This document shows positions 1 to 14,508 of a stretch of 64,000 nt of DNA, piece after piece (the stretch's first letter is position 1; the number at the start of each line of letters is the position of its first letter). The stretch lies in NCBI GenBank assembly GCA_964304625.1, contig OZ199838.1:14875907-14939906 (forward strand). The letters are read 5' to 3'. The DNA is from Kudoa neothunni (lineage: Eukaryota; Animalia; Cnidaria). The translations under genes were made by a program, and so were the position numbers. The notes under the pieces were generated by a model. That model saw only the letters and a program-made list of their open reading frames with translations, did not search any database and was not told where the DNA came from.

Positions 1-501
1 AACTGCATGGATATCATTTTTAATCATAGAAGAGATATTGTGATAAAACTTGGGAGTAGACATTTATTCACATACATATGCAGAACTACTCAGGTTTTAT
101 TTTTTTATCTTATCCTTATTTATCATAAACATTTCAATAATTATTTCAATATTTTTATTAATAATGGAGAAAATAAGTCTCAAGTTAACTTAAACATATA
201 TTTTTGGGTTTTAAAATGATTTTTATTTAATTTTTTTCAACAAAAAAATAATTAATATTGGATTATAGAACGACCTTAAGTTTTAACTCTATGATTTGAC
301 CAAGATAATGGAATGAATAATTATGAATATTATTTTTAATATAAAAAATTCAGCAAATATATGCTTTAAAACAACTAATTCATTAACATTAATTAGGGAG
401 TGAACTTCACCTTTTTATTAACGAACTTGTGCGAAATTTAAGTCTTGCGTGAAACCCTATGGAAATTAATTGGTTTATTTATAGAAAATTATACTAATAA
501 C

Positions 502-1844
502 ATGAGTTGTTTGTTGAGAAAAAAGAATAATTTAAACTTAATTCGTTCTTGCTTTCAACGAAACGTTTCCAATCAACCAAAAAATCTGAAAGTGTTTAGT
601 TCAAATGAATTAAATTTTCTAGGTTATGTACATGGAGGGTCCATTTTGAAATCCCTCTGTGATAGCGGCCTAAAAGAAGCTAAAGAATTTTTATGTTGTC
701 AATCTGGTATTATTTTGGAAAGTAGTTTAACATATAATAATGTTCCAAGTTGAGAATCGAAAACTTGTTGACGAAATGGTCCTGGCTCGAATGGAAAAAG
801 TCATGTTTAGAAAACCTGTAAAACTGAATGATTTGATTGTAGAAAAGTCTGCTGTAGTTTTTGTTTCGCCTCATAGCTTATGTGTGGAATGCTCACTTCA
901 GCTACTCCCTCACGAACTCAATTCTCACAATAAATTCACAGTGTGCGAGTAGTGCATTATTATTGTATTTATTTATGATATTTATCGATAAAAGTGCAAT
1001 ACTCTGGTTTGTGCCCGTGTCTATCGAAGAGTGCGACAATGGTCGCACAATTAAACTCATCCCCAAAAGAATTGAACCAACTTCATCACTCCCATCCTCA
1101 AGCAACAACAATATATGGCATAGTCTTTACAAAAAACAAAAACTTGAAAGAAATAAGGATGACATAGAATTTCAAGTATATGTGAGTTTTGGATAATATC
1201 CTTGCATGATCGAAATATTCAAGACTAAATCATGGAAAAGTTACATGGCTACGGCTCCTCACTCCCATGCCACTTATACAAAAGCTTCAACCATTCCAGC
1301 TTCGTTCGCCATAAATCAACTTATAATTTCAATGGACCATTGTTACAATGGCAAAAGAAATATTTTGAATGCGGCTAGTCTCCTAAAGTTGATCGATGAA
1401 ACTGGAGCTATTTCAGCAATGAGACATGTTAATTGGAATTGTGTGACTGGTTTCATCGGTAACTAATTCAAATTAAAAAATATTATTCACACTGATGTAG
1501 ATAAGGTTAATTTTCATAATCCAGGAATTAAGGGACATTTTTTGTCGATTTATGCCCAAGTCGAATACACCACTAAATCAATTGTGTACGTTGGAGTGAA
1601 AGCGTTTGATGAAAATCATCTAACAGGTTAAATACTGACTTTTATTTGTAATTTTCTACCTATTTTTCTAGGCCTAAGGAATCTTATTTGTTCCTGTGTG
1701 TTAGTGTACGTAGTGGTTCCTCGCAATAACCACAAACCCTCAGTTCCAGAACTCATAATAAACCATCCATATGAGTGGGCGAAATTTGAAGAAATGCAAG
1801 CTCTTCATAGTTACTATCGAGAAAATTATTTCAAAACTAAATGA
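502..1844 (+). CDS. Tandem hot-dog acyl-CoA thioesterase (ACOT7-like), multi-exon
   Basis: Domain 1 NFLGYVHGGSILK...LARMEKVMFRKPV; domain 2 LLKLIDETGAISAMRH...DKVNFHNPG; short GT-AG introns; stop TGA at 1842-1844. Confidence 0.8.
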
Positions 1845-3455
1845 CGCCTTAAAAAATTTATAAAATTGTTTATATTTATTTTATTCCTTAATATACCGTT
1901 TATTTAACCTAGATCTACAATCCGCGTGTTTTAATCGGTAACATTTTAATCTTTTACATTAAGTTATGATAAAAGTATCTTTTATGGTAAGTTCTCACTG
2001 TTGCAATCGTATAATTAATTTCCCCATAGATTTTTCTAATTTAGTGTATCTGGTTCTTTTTTTTTTAAATTTATTATCAATTTAGTCAAATGCAGGATTT
2101 AAATTAAACAATAAACAAATTTGTCGTTGTTTTGTCTTAGAAACACCTATTTGATTTAATTAATGGTATAATTTTATTCCTAAATTTAGAATATTGCGTC
2201 TATCCCCTCAAATTCACTATCATCAAATTTTTTAACCTCGGTTAGTTATTTCGAAAGAAGTCCCATTATTTATATATTTTCATTTTTGTTTTTTGAATAT
2301 ATTTAAGTTCTTCAATTAGGCATACAGTGAGAACATTAATAAGGAGAACGTCCCAAATTATCTTTAATCGTTAATTTCACTGCATTTTCTAAAAAAATAA
2401 CATTTCAAATATTTCTATTCAAAATTAATTTTATATCCAATTAAGATAAAAATTTATGAATATTTAATTAGTTTTCAGTTTTTTGTAACTCATTATTTTT
2501 ACTCCAAGTTTATTGATTACGAATGGGTTAATCTGTTGTGTTAAAATATATGATACACAATATCACTGGACTTACATTTCCGTTATGAAACTGCTGAGTA
2601 ATCTGCTCCAAGACTTTACGTATTTCCAAGATAAATAAGTTGAGCGAAGAATATGGTGTTTTTGAACAAAAAGCCAATTACAGTCGAACCTCGATTATCC
2701 GGAAGAAATTAATCTGCCTCTGGTGCGAATAACACTGACCTTAGATATAATCGATAAAAGGTTAAAAATTTGAGAATAACGTTTTTCCATCATATTTTTA
2801 AGGATATTGATTAAAAAATCATTTATTTAATTAAAATATCTTAATTTTTCAGTTTATTAAGTGACAAATAAAGGAACTTTACCCTCTTATGGTACTTATA
2901 TTGGTTCTAGCTTGGTTACGACACTTTTATTATACTCGCATCAATTTAAATTCGATTTGTTTTGATTTTTAAACAAATCTGTGCACCTATTTTTCTTAAA
3001 TAGTGTCTTTATATCTATCATTCCTATATTTTAGGCGATATTTATAATTACACCTGAACAGTTTAATGTCAATTTGTAGACCACAAAAATATTTCATTGC
3101 TCTCTGGCAGATTCATTTAATACTCTTACACAAAATAGACCTATAACTCCACAAAAACCTTTGATACCAGTGCTCATAACCGAGAGTTTTTAAACTTTAA
3201 CAATTTAGGAAGCTGCGAATATTTTCACTTTTTCCTTCATCGCATCCAACATGTTAGGCGTTTGTATCAAGTTGTTCACATTTTCATCAATTTAATTTTA
3301 TTTTAGTTCGAGTTATACGTGAATTTAAGGTTTAATCTTTTTAGCAAATTAGATCTAAGATTGAATGATCATTCCTAATTTAATGGAACTATAATATGCA
3401 TCCTTCACTTGGCAAGTTAAAATGTTTCATAGTCGTAGATTTTTAATATTATATT

Positions 3456-4383
3456 TCTCTATATACATAAAGTAGTAGTGTCTGTGTGAGTGCATCAATC
3501 TTCCCCTTATACAGAGACTTTATTTACTTAATGAGTCTTTCAGTTTATTTTGAAAAATACAGAATTAATTACAAAAATATAACGTAGCGTTCCACACGCT
3601 TATAAAGTGGTGAATTCGTAGTGTAAACTTTTTGTATACAGATTAGCGTTAATGATAATAGGATTACCATTGCACATGATTTACTAATAAGTCCAGCGAT
3701 AGGCGTAAGTAACTTTGATTTTCAGTATGAAAATACAATTTTAGCTACTAACTTTACTCTTTATTACTCTTTGAATGTAGAACATCCGTTTTTGCGTAGG
3801 CGGCGACTCGGTGTAAACGAAGGTTTATTGTTTTAACGTGAGATTAATTCAGGTGGAAAAATTGTATATCATTCATTTTTATTTGGCGCTAAAAATGTTC
3901 GTTATCTTTTATGAAATTTTATGTTAAAGTTAACACGTTTCCTTCAAACGCGATACTGCTAAAAACTTTTAGATTAGCTGGTTCATCGACGGGAAATTTA
4001 ATGCGATTAAGACGCCGCACGAGATGTAAGAACTTCTGATTTCTGAATGTAGATAAAGTCCACTGCAGGAGAAAGTGAAGAAAATCGGGATATTACTGTT
4101 TATTTTGATTGAAACTCTTGCCAAAAGAATGAAACTGTGATCCAAATTTTCATTTATTACTCTAATCGACGGTTAGTTTAAAGAGAAAGATAATTTTTAT
4201 TAAGTTTTTCTAAATAAATTATCGCACTTTGAGACTAAGTCTGATATATCTAAACAACTAAAAGAGTTTATTCGGTTCAAGAAAGGGTTATATAAAGGGA
4301 TTAATATTTTTTAATTCTTCAAGATATTTCTTTTTAATTAAAATTAGCGAACTCCCGGGCACACACCGAAGTTTTCGCGCTAG
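3456..4383 (+). mobile_element. Non-autonomous Helitron-like element
   Basis: 5' TCTCTATATACATAAAGTAGTAGTG (shared with the copy at 18508); 3' GC-rich CCCGGGCACACACCG shortly before a CTAG|T end. Confidence 0.55.
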
Positions 4384-5246
4384 TTGATTTATAAAATCAT
4401 ACACTCCCACTTTTCTTTTCAAAACAGTTAAATTGAACAACGGAGAAGTTCGATTTTAAGATACTAAGATTAAAATGCAACGAATGGTTATGCAGTAGCG
4501 AGATCCAATTTTCATCCTCATTTTTAAATACTTAGATCGTTTAAATATATACAGTAGATTTCTTTTGATAATCACTATAAGCTATGTACTAAAATAAACA
4601 GATTAAACAGTAGATGGAAGGTGGACGTTAAATTGAGAAATATCGAGTCATGCGGTATCGAAACCTTACTGTATATTTTATTTTTAAAGAAATCGCGACA
4701 AATAATTCAATAATTAAAATATTTGAAAAAATATGAAAGTGTTTTTGCCGATTTGGTATAATCAAATTTTTACGAAAGTATCTGAAAAGTACGTACAATA
4801 CGAGTGTAAATGTGGACAATAATGTTCACTTATTTGGCTCTTCAATAGTTTTCCTGTTCATTTATTCAACAGAATCGACGATATCGTTAACTTCATAAAA
4901 TTCAGGGCATTGGATAACTTTTACATATACATATTTGGACTTTAATGCCTAGTCAACAATTCCATTTTACACAATTAGGGAAACTGAAATATTCCCTCAA
5001 ATCTAGAATAATCTGGCATTTTTTAAACAAATTTTAATTTATTCTGAGTTTGAGGAATTAAAAACATATGATTATTTCTCGTGGAGTGCTACTAGGGGTT
5101 TAAAAATCGAAGATTGAGATTTGCGCGATCTAATTGTGCGAACGTCATCGAAATAGAAACATTTATTATGTATCGTACGACGACCAAAAAATATTTATCC
5201 TATGTAACATGTGGATTATAACGATTGTAATCCATCAATTAAATGC

Positions 5247-5321
5247 GCAATCGAGAGCAGAGCGGGACGACACCACCGCCTTTCAATGTTAATAACGCAG
5301 GTTCGAATCCCGATTCGGTGC
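5247..5321 (+). pseudogene. Degenerate tRNA-like sequence (tRNA pseudogene or SINE head, Glu-like)
   Basis: Intact B box GGTTCGAATCC and A-box-like AGAGCAGAGCGG, but the stems pair poorly. Confidence 0.45.
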
Positions 5322-5389
5322 TTGTGTTACATCGTATATCTCACTTTTATTATTATATTTAATATTTATTTATAAAAACGAGGCATGCT

Positions 5390-7343
5390 TATTTTTTAAA
5401 TATTTCGTATAAACGATCCATGTCAGGATGTGGAGAGAACAAAGCTGAAGGTTTTTCAGCTATAAAGGCCATTCTAATTGTGCTTATTGAAATGTAGCGC
5501 CAAAAATGCAAAAGAGGGAGACTCAAATAAGAAATAAACAAGACAATAATAATACTCTAATCACGAGGTGGTTTATATAGGGAGAGGGGCTGGTGATTCC
5601 GATTTTTTCCGGGTCTCCAAAATGGTCGGGCGCGCCTCCGCCTTTGAACGAAACGGGATCCTCCTCGCCCGGTCTCCTACGTTCGGCTTAGACCCAAAAG
5701 CTCCGTAAGCAACTCGTAGGTCTAAGACTAGAGCTGTCGTGGTGGAGAACCCGGGGTCAAACACGGCTTGGATTCAGAGGGAAATAGTTTGTAAGTGTTG
5801 ACCCCGCGGCCGTCCGAATGTTTCCCGCGCTAAACTGGAGAAGTCGGAGACCCAACACTTATCAAGGTCTTCAGTACATATAGAATTATTTAATTTTCTT
5901 GTGTTATAATTGTCAGATCCACCATCATGAACGGTTTCAACCTCTTCCATAGCGCCAACGTCATCGGGGTCATCTAGTATAATCAAACCAGATAAGCATC
6001 AATTAATACCGTCAATAATTTCATGATTTCCATAATTGTAATCAATTAACGATTTTTCTCTGTGTATATTAAATATTTCGAAATCGACAAAAATATCACT
6101 ACAGAAAATAGGAGATTTATTAAAAAAATTTCTTATGACTGAATTACTAACTGTTTCCTAAGCTTTGTTTAATGTATTTAGACAATCTAATATGGTGTAT
6201 TTCGGAATATTTGTGGCATCATCATCAAATATAAGATTTTGGGCCAATATTTTTCTATAGTTTGCCTTAAGACTATTAATAACACCGAGATTCATTGGCT
6301 GCACGATGCTGGTGGTATTTTTTGTGAGAAATAATAATGTGATCTTCGTAAATGAATTAATTGATTGAGGATGAGAAGGGAATTTATCTATTAACATAAG
6401 AACGTTTCTATTTTCTCTTAGAAATTTATTGTCCAAATCTTTTATTGTCTCCTAGAAAATAGCTGCTGACATCCAAACATTTTTTGGAGAGAAATATTTT
6501 CAGGGGAAAGCATTCACCACTTTAAAACAACGTGGTTTTTGAAACTTATCAATAACATAAAGCTGAAGTTTTTCTCCAACCAAAGATGCAGTTACCAACA
6601 CGGTCACTCTTTTTTTTTTGATCGCTTAAAGTCCCTCTCTTCGATTTCGTCTTTTGTTGTAAGTACTATAAGTACGTATGCGAAGTTGTTCGTAAACAAA
6701 GAAAATTCGTCAAGATTAAAAATATTTTCATGATTAAAATTATTTATTGCATCCAAATATTGTCCAATCCATTCATTCGCCGCCAACATATCGACACTAC
6801 CTGCTTCTCTGTGGAGCTTTTGATTTTTCAAACTGAACTGTTTTTAGAAATTGCAAAACCACCCATTACTGGAATGAAAATCTTTGACTTGAAGATTATT
6901 TGCTATAAGCATCGCCTTTTCTTTAATTATAAAGAATGAGATATTTTTCTTTTTTCTCGCATGCTAACTATCCAATTATACAACTCATTTTCAATCTGAG
7001 TTTATTTTTTCCGAGTAACTCGTATTGGTAAATTGAAACGTTTGCACTAATGAGTTAATCTTTTTTTGATAATATTCTATCAAGAGAGGAATGACCTATC
7101 CTGATTTATCGAAAGCTAAAATCTAGTCATTACTTGGCAGGTTAAAATGCTTCATTGTCATCATTTTTGCCACAGATATCGTTATAATCGGGTCGTATTA
7201 TTGACTTATTTGAATTTGATTGAACCAAAAATTAATAAACGTATTTTCAAACATGTTTTCTATTGATTGAAATACTTTGTTGAAACTTATTAAGTTAGAT
7301 AACAACGAAAAATCTTTAATTACGCTATATCAAGGCCCTACTG
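5390..7343 (-). mobile_element. Decayed pogo/Tigger-type DNA transposon (CENP-B HTH + DDE_1 transposase pseudogene)
   Basis: Fragments ENIFNLDEFSLF, NVLMLIDKFPSHP, NTTSIVQPMNLGVINSLKANYRK, LHREAGSVD with stops and frameshifts; TA|CAGTAG-type end at ~7343. Left boundary approximate. Confidence 0.85.
5488..5857 (-). mobile_element. Solo LTR (370 bp) inserted into the pogo relic
   Basis: Minus strand TGTTGGG...TTTCA termini; perfect 5-bp target duplication CTTAT at 5483-5487 and 5858-5862; GC-rich body; TATA-like CTATATAAA on minus near 5575. Confidence 0.8.
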
Positions 7344-7366
7344 TAGTTTTTTAAAGTGTCTTTTAT

Positions 7367-8900
7367 CTATCTAAATGAAAGTGTTTCATTACAGTTATCT
7401 TCATAAAGGTTTCTCACTATGAACACTGTGACTAAATTTTCCGGCGGGTTCCATTTTGTATAATCTGTATTATAAAATAAACTTTTCGAATAAATCAAGC
7501 TATTTAATGTTTCGGTCTTCAATAATGATCTATTTTTCGTTTTGATTATGTTCAATGGGGAAAATATTCTTTCGGCACAAGCAGAGGAATGGGGTAATGA
7601 GAGCAAGCTCATCATTAGTTTTGAAATTAATGGATATTTAGGAGCATCCCCCATTCGTTTTTGGGGATCATTTATCGAAAAGAGATTTGAGTCTTCGAGA
7701 GTTAATTGTCTTCATTCAATATCCACATTTTTAATGATTTCTCTTTTCATGAATAAACTGGAAATTACTTTTACTGTAACACGAATTGAATTCTTTAGCT
7801 TGTGTATTCGAAAGGTTTCTGATTGGAACTCAAGATTAAGTTTGTTCACTACTGGGAGTATAAAGTTTAAAGATTCAAAATACATATGATTTATTAATTT
7901 CGCAGATTCAAAATCATTTTCTCATACTGCAGTAGCGTAAAACATTTTAAGTGCATTCCATTAATCGAGTATTCTAGCGACGACTTGTTCAAGTGAAAAC
8001 TCTTGTGCTACAAGCGCGTAATATCTACCTAGGGAAAATATCAATTATCTTTTGAAATTCCTTGTATTCACTCAAATGTTTCGGGCTATTCGAAATATAT
8101 GTGTAACTACTTTTAGTTAAATCTTTCAACTCGTTTGGAAGTTGATGAGAAGCTTTGGGAGCACGTAAATTTACTGAGCGACAAACGTAACCTTGCGCGT
8201 AAAGCGATGGAATTATTTGTTTCAGTAAATTCTGGACAACACTTTTGTTACCCATCATAACATTTGCATTGTCACTGGCCAATCCGATAAGACTGTGAAT
8301 GGAGATATTATTAGTTTTAAAAAAATTTATCAATAATTAAAAAATTCCTTTGTCAGTACAATTCGTTATCTCCAATATGACCAGATATTTGTCCATTGTC
8401 TTTTTAACATGGACATCATAATATCGAACCACTAAAACTAGTTGTTTAGCTGTGGATATATCTCTGTTTTCATCTATTATTAATGAAAATTTGGTTGTTT
8501 GTAATTTTAAAATTAAATTTTTAAGTAATATTTCCCAATAAAATGACGAAAAATGCATTTGCCTTTCGTTCGAGCACATTTAATTTCTTTGCTAACAGCA
8601 GAATCTTCACAAACATTGGCGCCTAAAACAGGCAAATGATCCAAGATTGACAACGGCAAATTGTGTTCCGCAACAAAGACACATATTTTCAATTCTGCTG
8701 TAGCTATTTTTCGAGCATATACAACAGAACTGTTTAATTCTATATAACTATCTATTTACGTATTATTTGTGGATTATCTCCGATTTCTTAAATGCGTTTC
8801 GGTTTGTGCAGGTCTTTCGATTTGTGAAATACTCCCCAAAACTTCACATTTACACATTTAAGAGAACACGCTCTCCTTGCTCATATCAATCCACTGGATA
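7367..8900 (-). mobile_element. Decayed hAT transposase (ZNF862/Blackjack-like)
   Basis: FSLIIDENRDISTAKQLVLVVRYYD, IGLASDNANVMMG and C-terminal dimerisation motif LSLPHSSACAERIFS; broken reading frame. Confidence 0.85.
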
Positions 8901-9854
8901 AATCTTCGATCTCCCACCATTCTCTTCTTACCTTGCGTTTATAATCTTCATATATTTTCTTTTTTGGTGTGTTACTTATATCGCTTTCGCAGTCGCTATC
9001 GTTTTGATTATAGGCCATCAAGAATTATTAACCCAAAAATTATTACATTATGTACAACACAATTAAAATTACAGAAATTAATTCAACGTGTTTAATGCAA
9101 AAACTATGCAGTAAATTACTAAAACGCGCGCTATTAAGAATGAATTTGTACGTTTAATAAATGTTTATGTATAAAATTTTATCCTTATCGCATTCCGGAC
9201 ATTGTTTTCCTCTTCAACTTCGTTTTCATATAATTTAAATATTTTCGGATGTCAATGATAACTTTAATTTAAAAAAATATAATTTATTAATTATTCCCCT
9301 GGTTAGAAATGTATAAACTTCCCTTTTTAGGGAATTTTTTTAGCAAAAACTGAATTTTATAACTCTTTGGAGGCAGATTTTTTTTCGTTAAAAAATAAAT
9401 TTAAATCCTAAAGTCTAAAACTTGTAGGCAGCAAAAATAATTTAGTGAAGTAAACGAGCTAATTGCCCGCGTATACGGTTAAATATACATTGGGATAACA
9501 TGGAACTGATTTGACCATGAAATCCAAAAACGTTTCATTTAAAACAATAACTAGATAACGTTATCGTGGTAAGAAACTCATTGAGCATGTAAGTAATAAA
9601 AAGATAAGCTTTGGTTTATAAAATTATGTTAAATGAAAATATGTTGAAATTTAATTGTTTGTTTTGTTTTCTTTATGAGACAAAGCATTATAGGAATAGA
9701 TTGGATATTCAAAATAACATTGAATTTAATACGAAGACATATTTTGCATATCTTCGTATAATATTATATCTATACGCTGAAATAACAATAAGTAAACATA
9801 AAAAGTATAAATTTTTAAATAAGCTATTAATGCTACTTTTCATGCATTATTAAT

Positions 9855-10795
9855 ACCTAACCAGACACCGAATATCGTTGAGGGGATTAAAAATCTTGCC
9901 TTGAAGGTGAAAAAGTACCATTTTGATACGAACATACCAATTCTGGCAACTTTGGACCGCCAACTTACTACGCAATACCAAATTAGCACGCAATGTCGAG
10001 TTACGCGCGGGAACATTATACGAAAAAACGATTAAACCATTTACCGGCTCGTTTTCAAGCATAAACTCATTTATATAACGAGATTAAGGTTTTTACATTT
10101 TTATTTCATCTTAAAGGAAACATTCTACCATTAATTGTACCAGCATTTCTCTCTCCTGTAGAATAGCTATTTTTGAACCTATGATGGATCGAAAGTCATA
10201 TAAACTTGAATTTTAGATGAAGGCATTTTGACGACGAATTGTTCCGTTTGGCACTCATTATCAGAGTTGCTGGCACATGGCTCACTATTAAATTAGGCTA
10301 CTTGTAAAGTATCCCCTCCATTTATGTCTCCGTCTGTTAAAAATGTCACTCCTCGAAGGTTTTTGTTCTATCGATAGGATTCCGCAGAGGGTTGAATGTT
10401 CTTTATATTTAAAGCATATTAATTACCAAAACATATAATTATTTTATCATAATTCGATTAAGTTGGTGAAGGGTTCAAAAATTAGCCGCTTCGAAATTTG
10501 GTCTTAGTAATAACTGATAATTTAAATTTATCGTCATCATCCTTCTGTATTCTTGACATGGTCAAATTTACTGCGCAAAGTGGAATCAAAATGGCTTTTC
10601 CGGATCCTAGAATTGCTACATAATACAAAATAAATTTACATATATTTATGAGATAATGTAATTGTTACTTAGCAGTATTGGAATTTATAAATGGTTAGAA
10701 AATTCGAGAGATATTGGACAACCACACCATACCGAGTAACACTATATGGAGGCATGATTGTATCAAAAAATGAACGGTACCAAATTATAACTCCT
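9855..10795 (-). CDS. Possible multi-exon gene of unknown product (model unresolved)
   Basis: Several higher-GC blocks bounded by plausible GT/AG sites on minus (e.g. EREMLVQLM|FMLENEPVNGLIVFSYNVPAR); no family recognised. Confidence 0.3.
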
Positions 10796-11385
10796 AAAAT
10801 TTGGAATAGATTACTATAGATACTATTTATATTTAAGGCATTTTTGTTTCCACAACAATTATACTCATATTATAGTCATATTTTTATCACATTTGATTGA
10901 TTATTAATTCTGTTGTCAAAACCATAGTTTTATCACTAAATAATAACGTTAATTATTTGTCATTTTTTGTAATGGAAACTCTGAATGGTCAAAATAAACA
11001 AATGAAGATTCTTATTCTTAAATATTTGCACTAGAATGGCCATATAAGCCGATTTATTCCTACGCATCACAAATGCTCAAATCGAAGTCTAACTCGGTCA
11101 AATATTACTCAAACATAGCGAACGCACTACCATACAATAAATCATAAATTTATTGAGAAATGGCTGAAGCCATATATTAACGGCAAAAAGCCATTCCTGA
11201 ATGAAAGCGAAAGTCTAACCCTAATCTAATTTACATCTGTAAAACTTGATTGCGAATATAAAATATAGTTCAATCTTTACGCTGAAAAAAAATTCGTTTA
11301 CAATTTGAAACATTTAAATCTTACAAAACCGCTAAAAAATTCACATCATGGGGAGTTTAAGTTCCCTATCTGACTGAGGCCGTTG

Positions 11386-12972
11386 TTAGCATTGGGAAGA
11401 TTTTTGTCTGTAAGCTCGAATGTATTTTTCGTCCACACTTTCCAAATAAAAAGTGCCGTCATCAATCTCTTCAAGAGGACAATTCGAAAGCTGTGCTGGA
11501 TTAACAATTACAGCTTCTCTATTCTTGAGTGTGAGTTCATAATGTTCGGGCGTCATTTTAACTCGTGAGTCGATTCTCATCTTGAAAGTTTCCAAATATT
11601 TTTTTATCGAATCAAGCGAAAAACTGGAAGACCCCAGACCAACACTCATTGTGTACATAGAGGCAGTCGATCCAGAACCATAGGAGAAAACCAACATTAT
11701 TTTCCCATCAAGTTCCTCAATATTATGTCTACAACAAATCACGTAAATGGTATACATTCCAACTTCAAAACAGTGCATACTCAGCTAATGAAGATAGCAT
11801 CGAAACAGTCACACTATTTGTGTAAGTATTGCCACATACTTTAGAAAAATAGAGACACTTTTCATAAGAATTATAGGCGGGAAGTGATTTTAGCTCGTTA
11901 ATCATTTGGGTCTCATTTTGTCGATTTTTTTCAGCACATTTCCACATATCTTCATATTGACTGACTCTATAAAGATCCAATACAATAAATAATTTAATAC
12001 CCAAAATTACAGATATTCTATAGTGTGTTTATGCGAAGAATCATTCACACCATTCATCGTAGTTAGTTTTCTGTCCATATCATTGATGTAAGCTAACGCT
12101 TTGATTACCAAACGAGCATAAGGTGAATGGAAAGCAACCAAATTAACATAACTATGCCAAGCCACTCTATCAAATCATCAACATCATACAATGGGGAAAC
12201 AAATAGAAAATTAATTACGAGCAACCAAGCAGTCCTTTATCAATTAGAGTTTTCCTCAAATTGAACCAACAAATTAGCGCACTTCTCAGGTAACATTGTA
12301 TCGATTGTTTGCCATCGAAAATGGGATATTCGGTAAACATGACAGGTTTGAAAAAGTCGTAGGTGTGCATCATAAACGAAGTGCGAATTCCTGGGCTATA
12401 AACAAGTGGTGCATTTGGGCCGATTAAAATAGCAACAGCTCCAGCTCCCCCGGTGGAATGAGCTGAACACTCTCTCTTATACACTGCCACATCGGTTGTA
12501 ACCACCAATCCCAATCGGCCTTCAAACCAATTCCATAAAAATATACTCCAAATAAACAACTACCATCCCAATATGAGCTTTCGATCCAATGGATTACATT
12601 GAGTATAGCTGCTGTACCTCCGTAACAAGCATTAACGTTATCAACACCTTCCACATTGTAACAGTTATGTTTCGCAAACAATGTCATCAAATGACTTTTG
12701 ATAGACTTGGACTTGTCGATATTGGATTCGGAGCCAACATCTAATCTACCAATATTCTGGTAGTCTATTCCTAGTCGATTCATCAATTTGTTAACTACGG
12801 TCAATGCCATGGATATGGCGTCTTCTCGGCCATTGCAAAATCCCATTTTCAACTGTCCCAACCCAATCGTGTATTTCCCCGCAGACACTCCATCATAGAC
12901 TTCCAACTCACTTTGATCAACGTATAAACGTGGAATGTACAGCTCGGTGGCAAGCACCCCAATGTTTAGCAT
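11386..12972 (-). CDS. HMGCS: Hydroxymethylglutaryl-CoA synthase
   Basis: [25 protein letters not shown], catalytic [42 protein letters not shown]; short introns. Confidence 0.97.
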
Positions 12973-14130
12973 TAATTTGTTGCGATTTACGACGAGTACT
13001 TTCGTAGAAAATATTCACCTTCTCTCACTTATTCAATATTGATTTGGTTATTGCACCCAAAATACCTTAACAATATTTGATTCTCATGAGGCTCTTCAAT
13101 TTGAGGTCAATCATTATCAACGTGATACACTATTATGTAAAATAATTTGTTGTTGAGGATTTGAGGATTGAAGATTAAAAAAATTCAATATTTATTATTA
13201 TAATATTGTTTTCCTTACTAGTTATTGCATTTTTAAGTTTATTGGTTGTGAGCCATTCACCATCAAGAGGTTTTGGTTAGATGACAACAAACACAGTCTC
13301 ACAATCACGATTATGTGATATCAACTAAAAATAGTGAAAAAACGATATAACACATTGAAAATGATTAAATTTTTTTATCGGAAAAATTAGAGAATAACCA
13401 AATATTTATTAGTAAGAGATTTGGTATATATTTTTATAAATTTTTTTATTATTGGACTCAATTTAAGAGGACATTTAGACGAAAATGCAGCCATAATATT
13501 AACTTTGTTGTCCTTTCTCATTGCTCACTACTATGAGTTTTATCACATTTGATGGTAATCAGGTAACGTTGTGGCATTGTCATGTCTAGTTTTACCATGC
13601 GACAACATTTCAATAATTTATTAGTGAACTTATAAATTTATTTTTGGGTGAAATATTTGACTCGTTCGTCGATATCTGCCTTTATGATAATAATCGTCAT
13701 ACCTAAGTGTTATTTGTATTGTAAAAATTGGATGAATGATTGCACGCTTTTCATTATTTTTAAGCCTGGTATACGCCGACTTAATGCGATAAACTATTTA
13801 TAGGTCTTCACCTTTTATTATTTCGGGCCCAGTCGGCGCGACGAGAATTTTAAACATGAGGGGATAGTAAAAATTGTATTATTTTAATAGATATTCTTAA
13901 TTAAATATGATGGGTGTTATACGTTTATCTTGAGTGGATGTTGGGTTAAGGTGGATTCTAGTTATTTAAGTTAGGTCTCGATATAAAATATCTTTTTAGC
14001 TTTAATAATTTATTGTTATATATCGAAATGTCAATTTAAGTATGGAAATAAAAATAATCGTTTATATATAGTTAATTCGAACAAGTGATGTTAAATTTGA
14101 TATTTTGTAGGTTCATTTCTGGATCTTTAA

Positions 14131-14508
14131 CCCTAGAAAGCTCACAAAAAATAGTTACACAAAGGCTCAGTGGGCCCCTTTTTTATTCCAAGTATAAATT
14201 GATCAAATAAGGTATCATTATTATCGTAAAGTATTTTTTTATAGATTATGTAAATAAAAATGAGAAAGGATATTTCTTGTAATAATTTCAGGAATCTATA
14301 AATTAAAAGATTCGATGAATAGTTAAATATTACAAATATCATTCTCCACGAATATTTATGGTTTATAAATTCCTGAGATTTGAATAAAAAATAGCATTTC
14401 TCATTTTTAGTTAGATAAACTATAGAAGAACTCTGTACGATAATAAAGAGACCTTATTTGATCAGTTTATACTTGGACCAAAAAAGAGGCCCACTGAGCT
14501 TTCTAGGA
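14131..14508. mobile_element. Short TTAA (piggyBac-type) MITE, same family as 27803-28998
   Basis: TTAA|CCCTAGAAAGC...GCTTTCTAGGA|TTAA with diverged internal inverted arms matching the long copy. Confidence 0.8.

Noticed and set aside
5247-5321. Possible tRNA-Sec, since TTCAA lies in the anticodon region and a selenoprotein gene is in the window
   Set aside because: No long variable arm, and the acceptor, anticodon and T stems pair poorly; it looks like a decayed tRNA-Glu-like or SINE head.
5421-5857. Longer LTR boundary starting at TGTCAGG (5421)
   Set aside because: No TSD at that boundary; the 5488-5857 boundary has a perfect CTTAT duplication.
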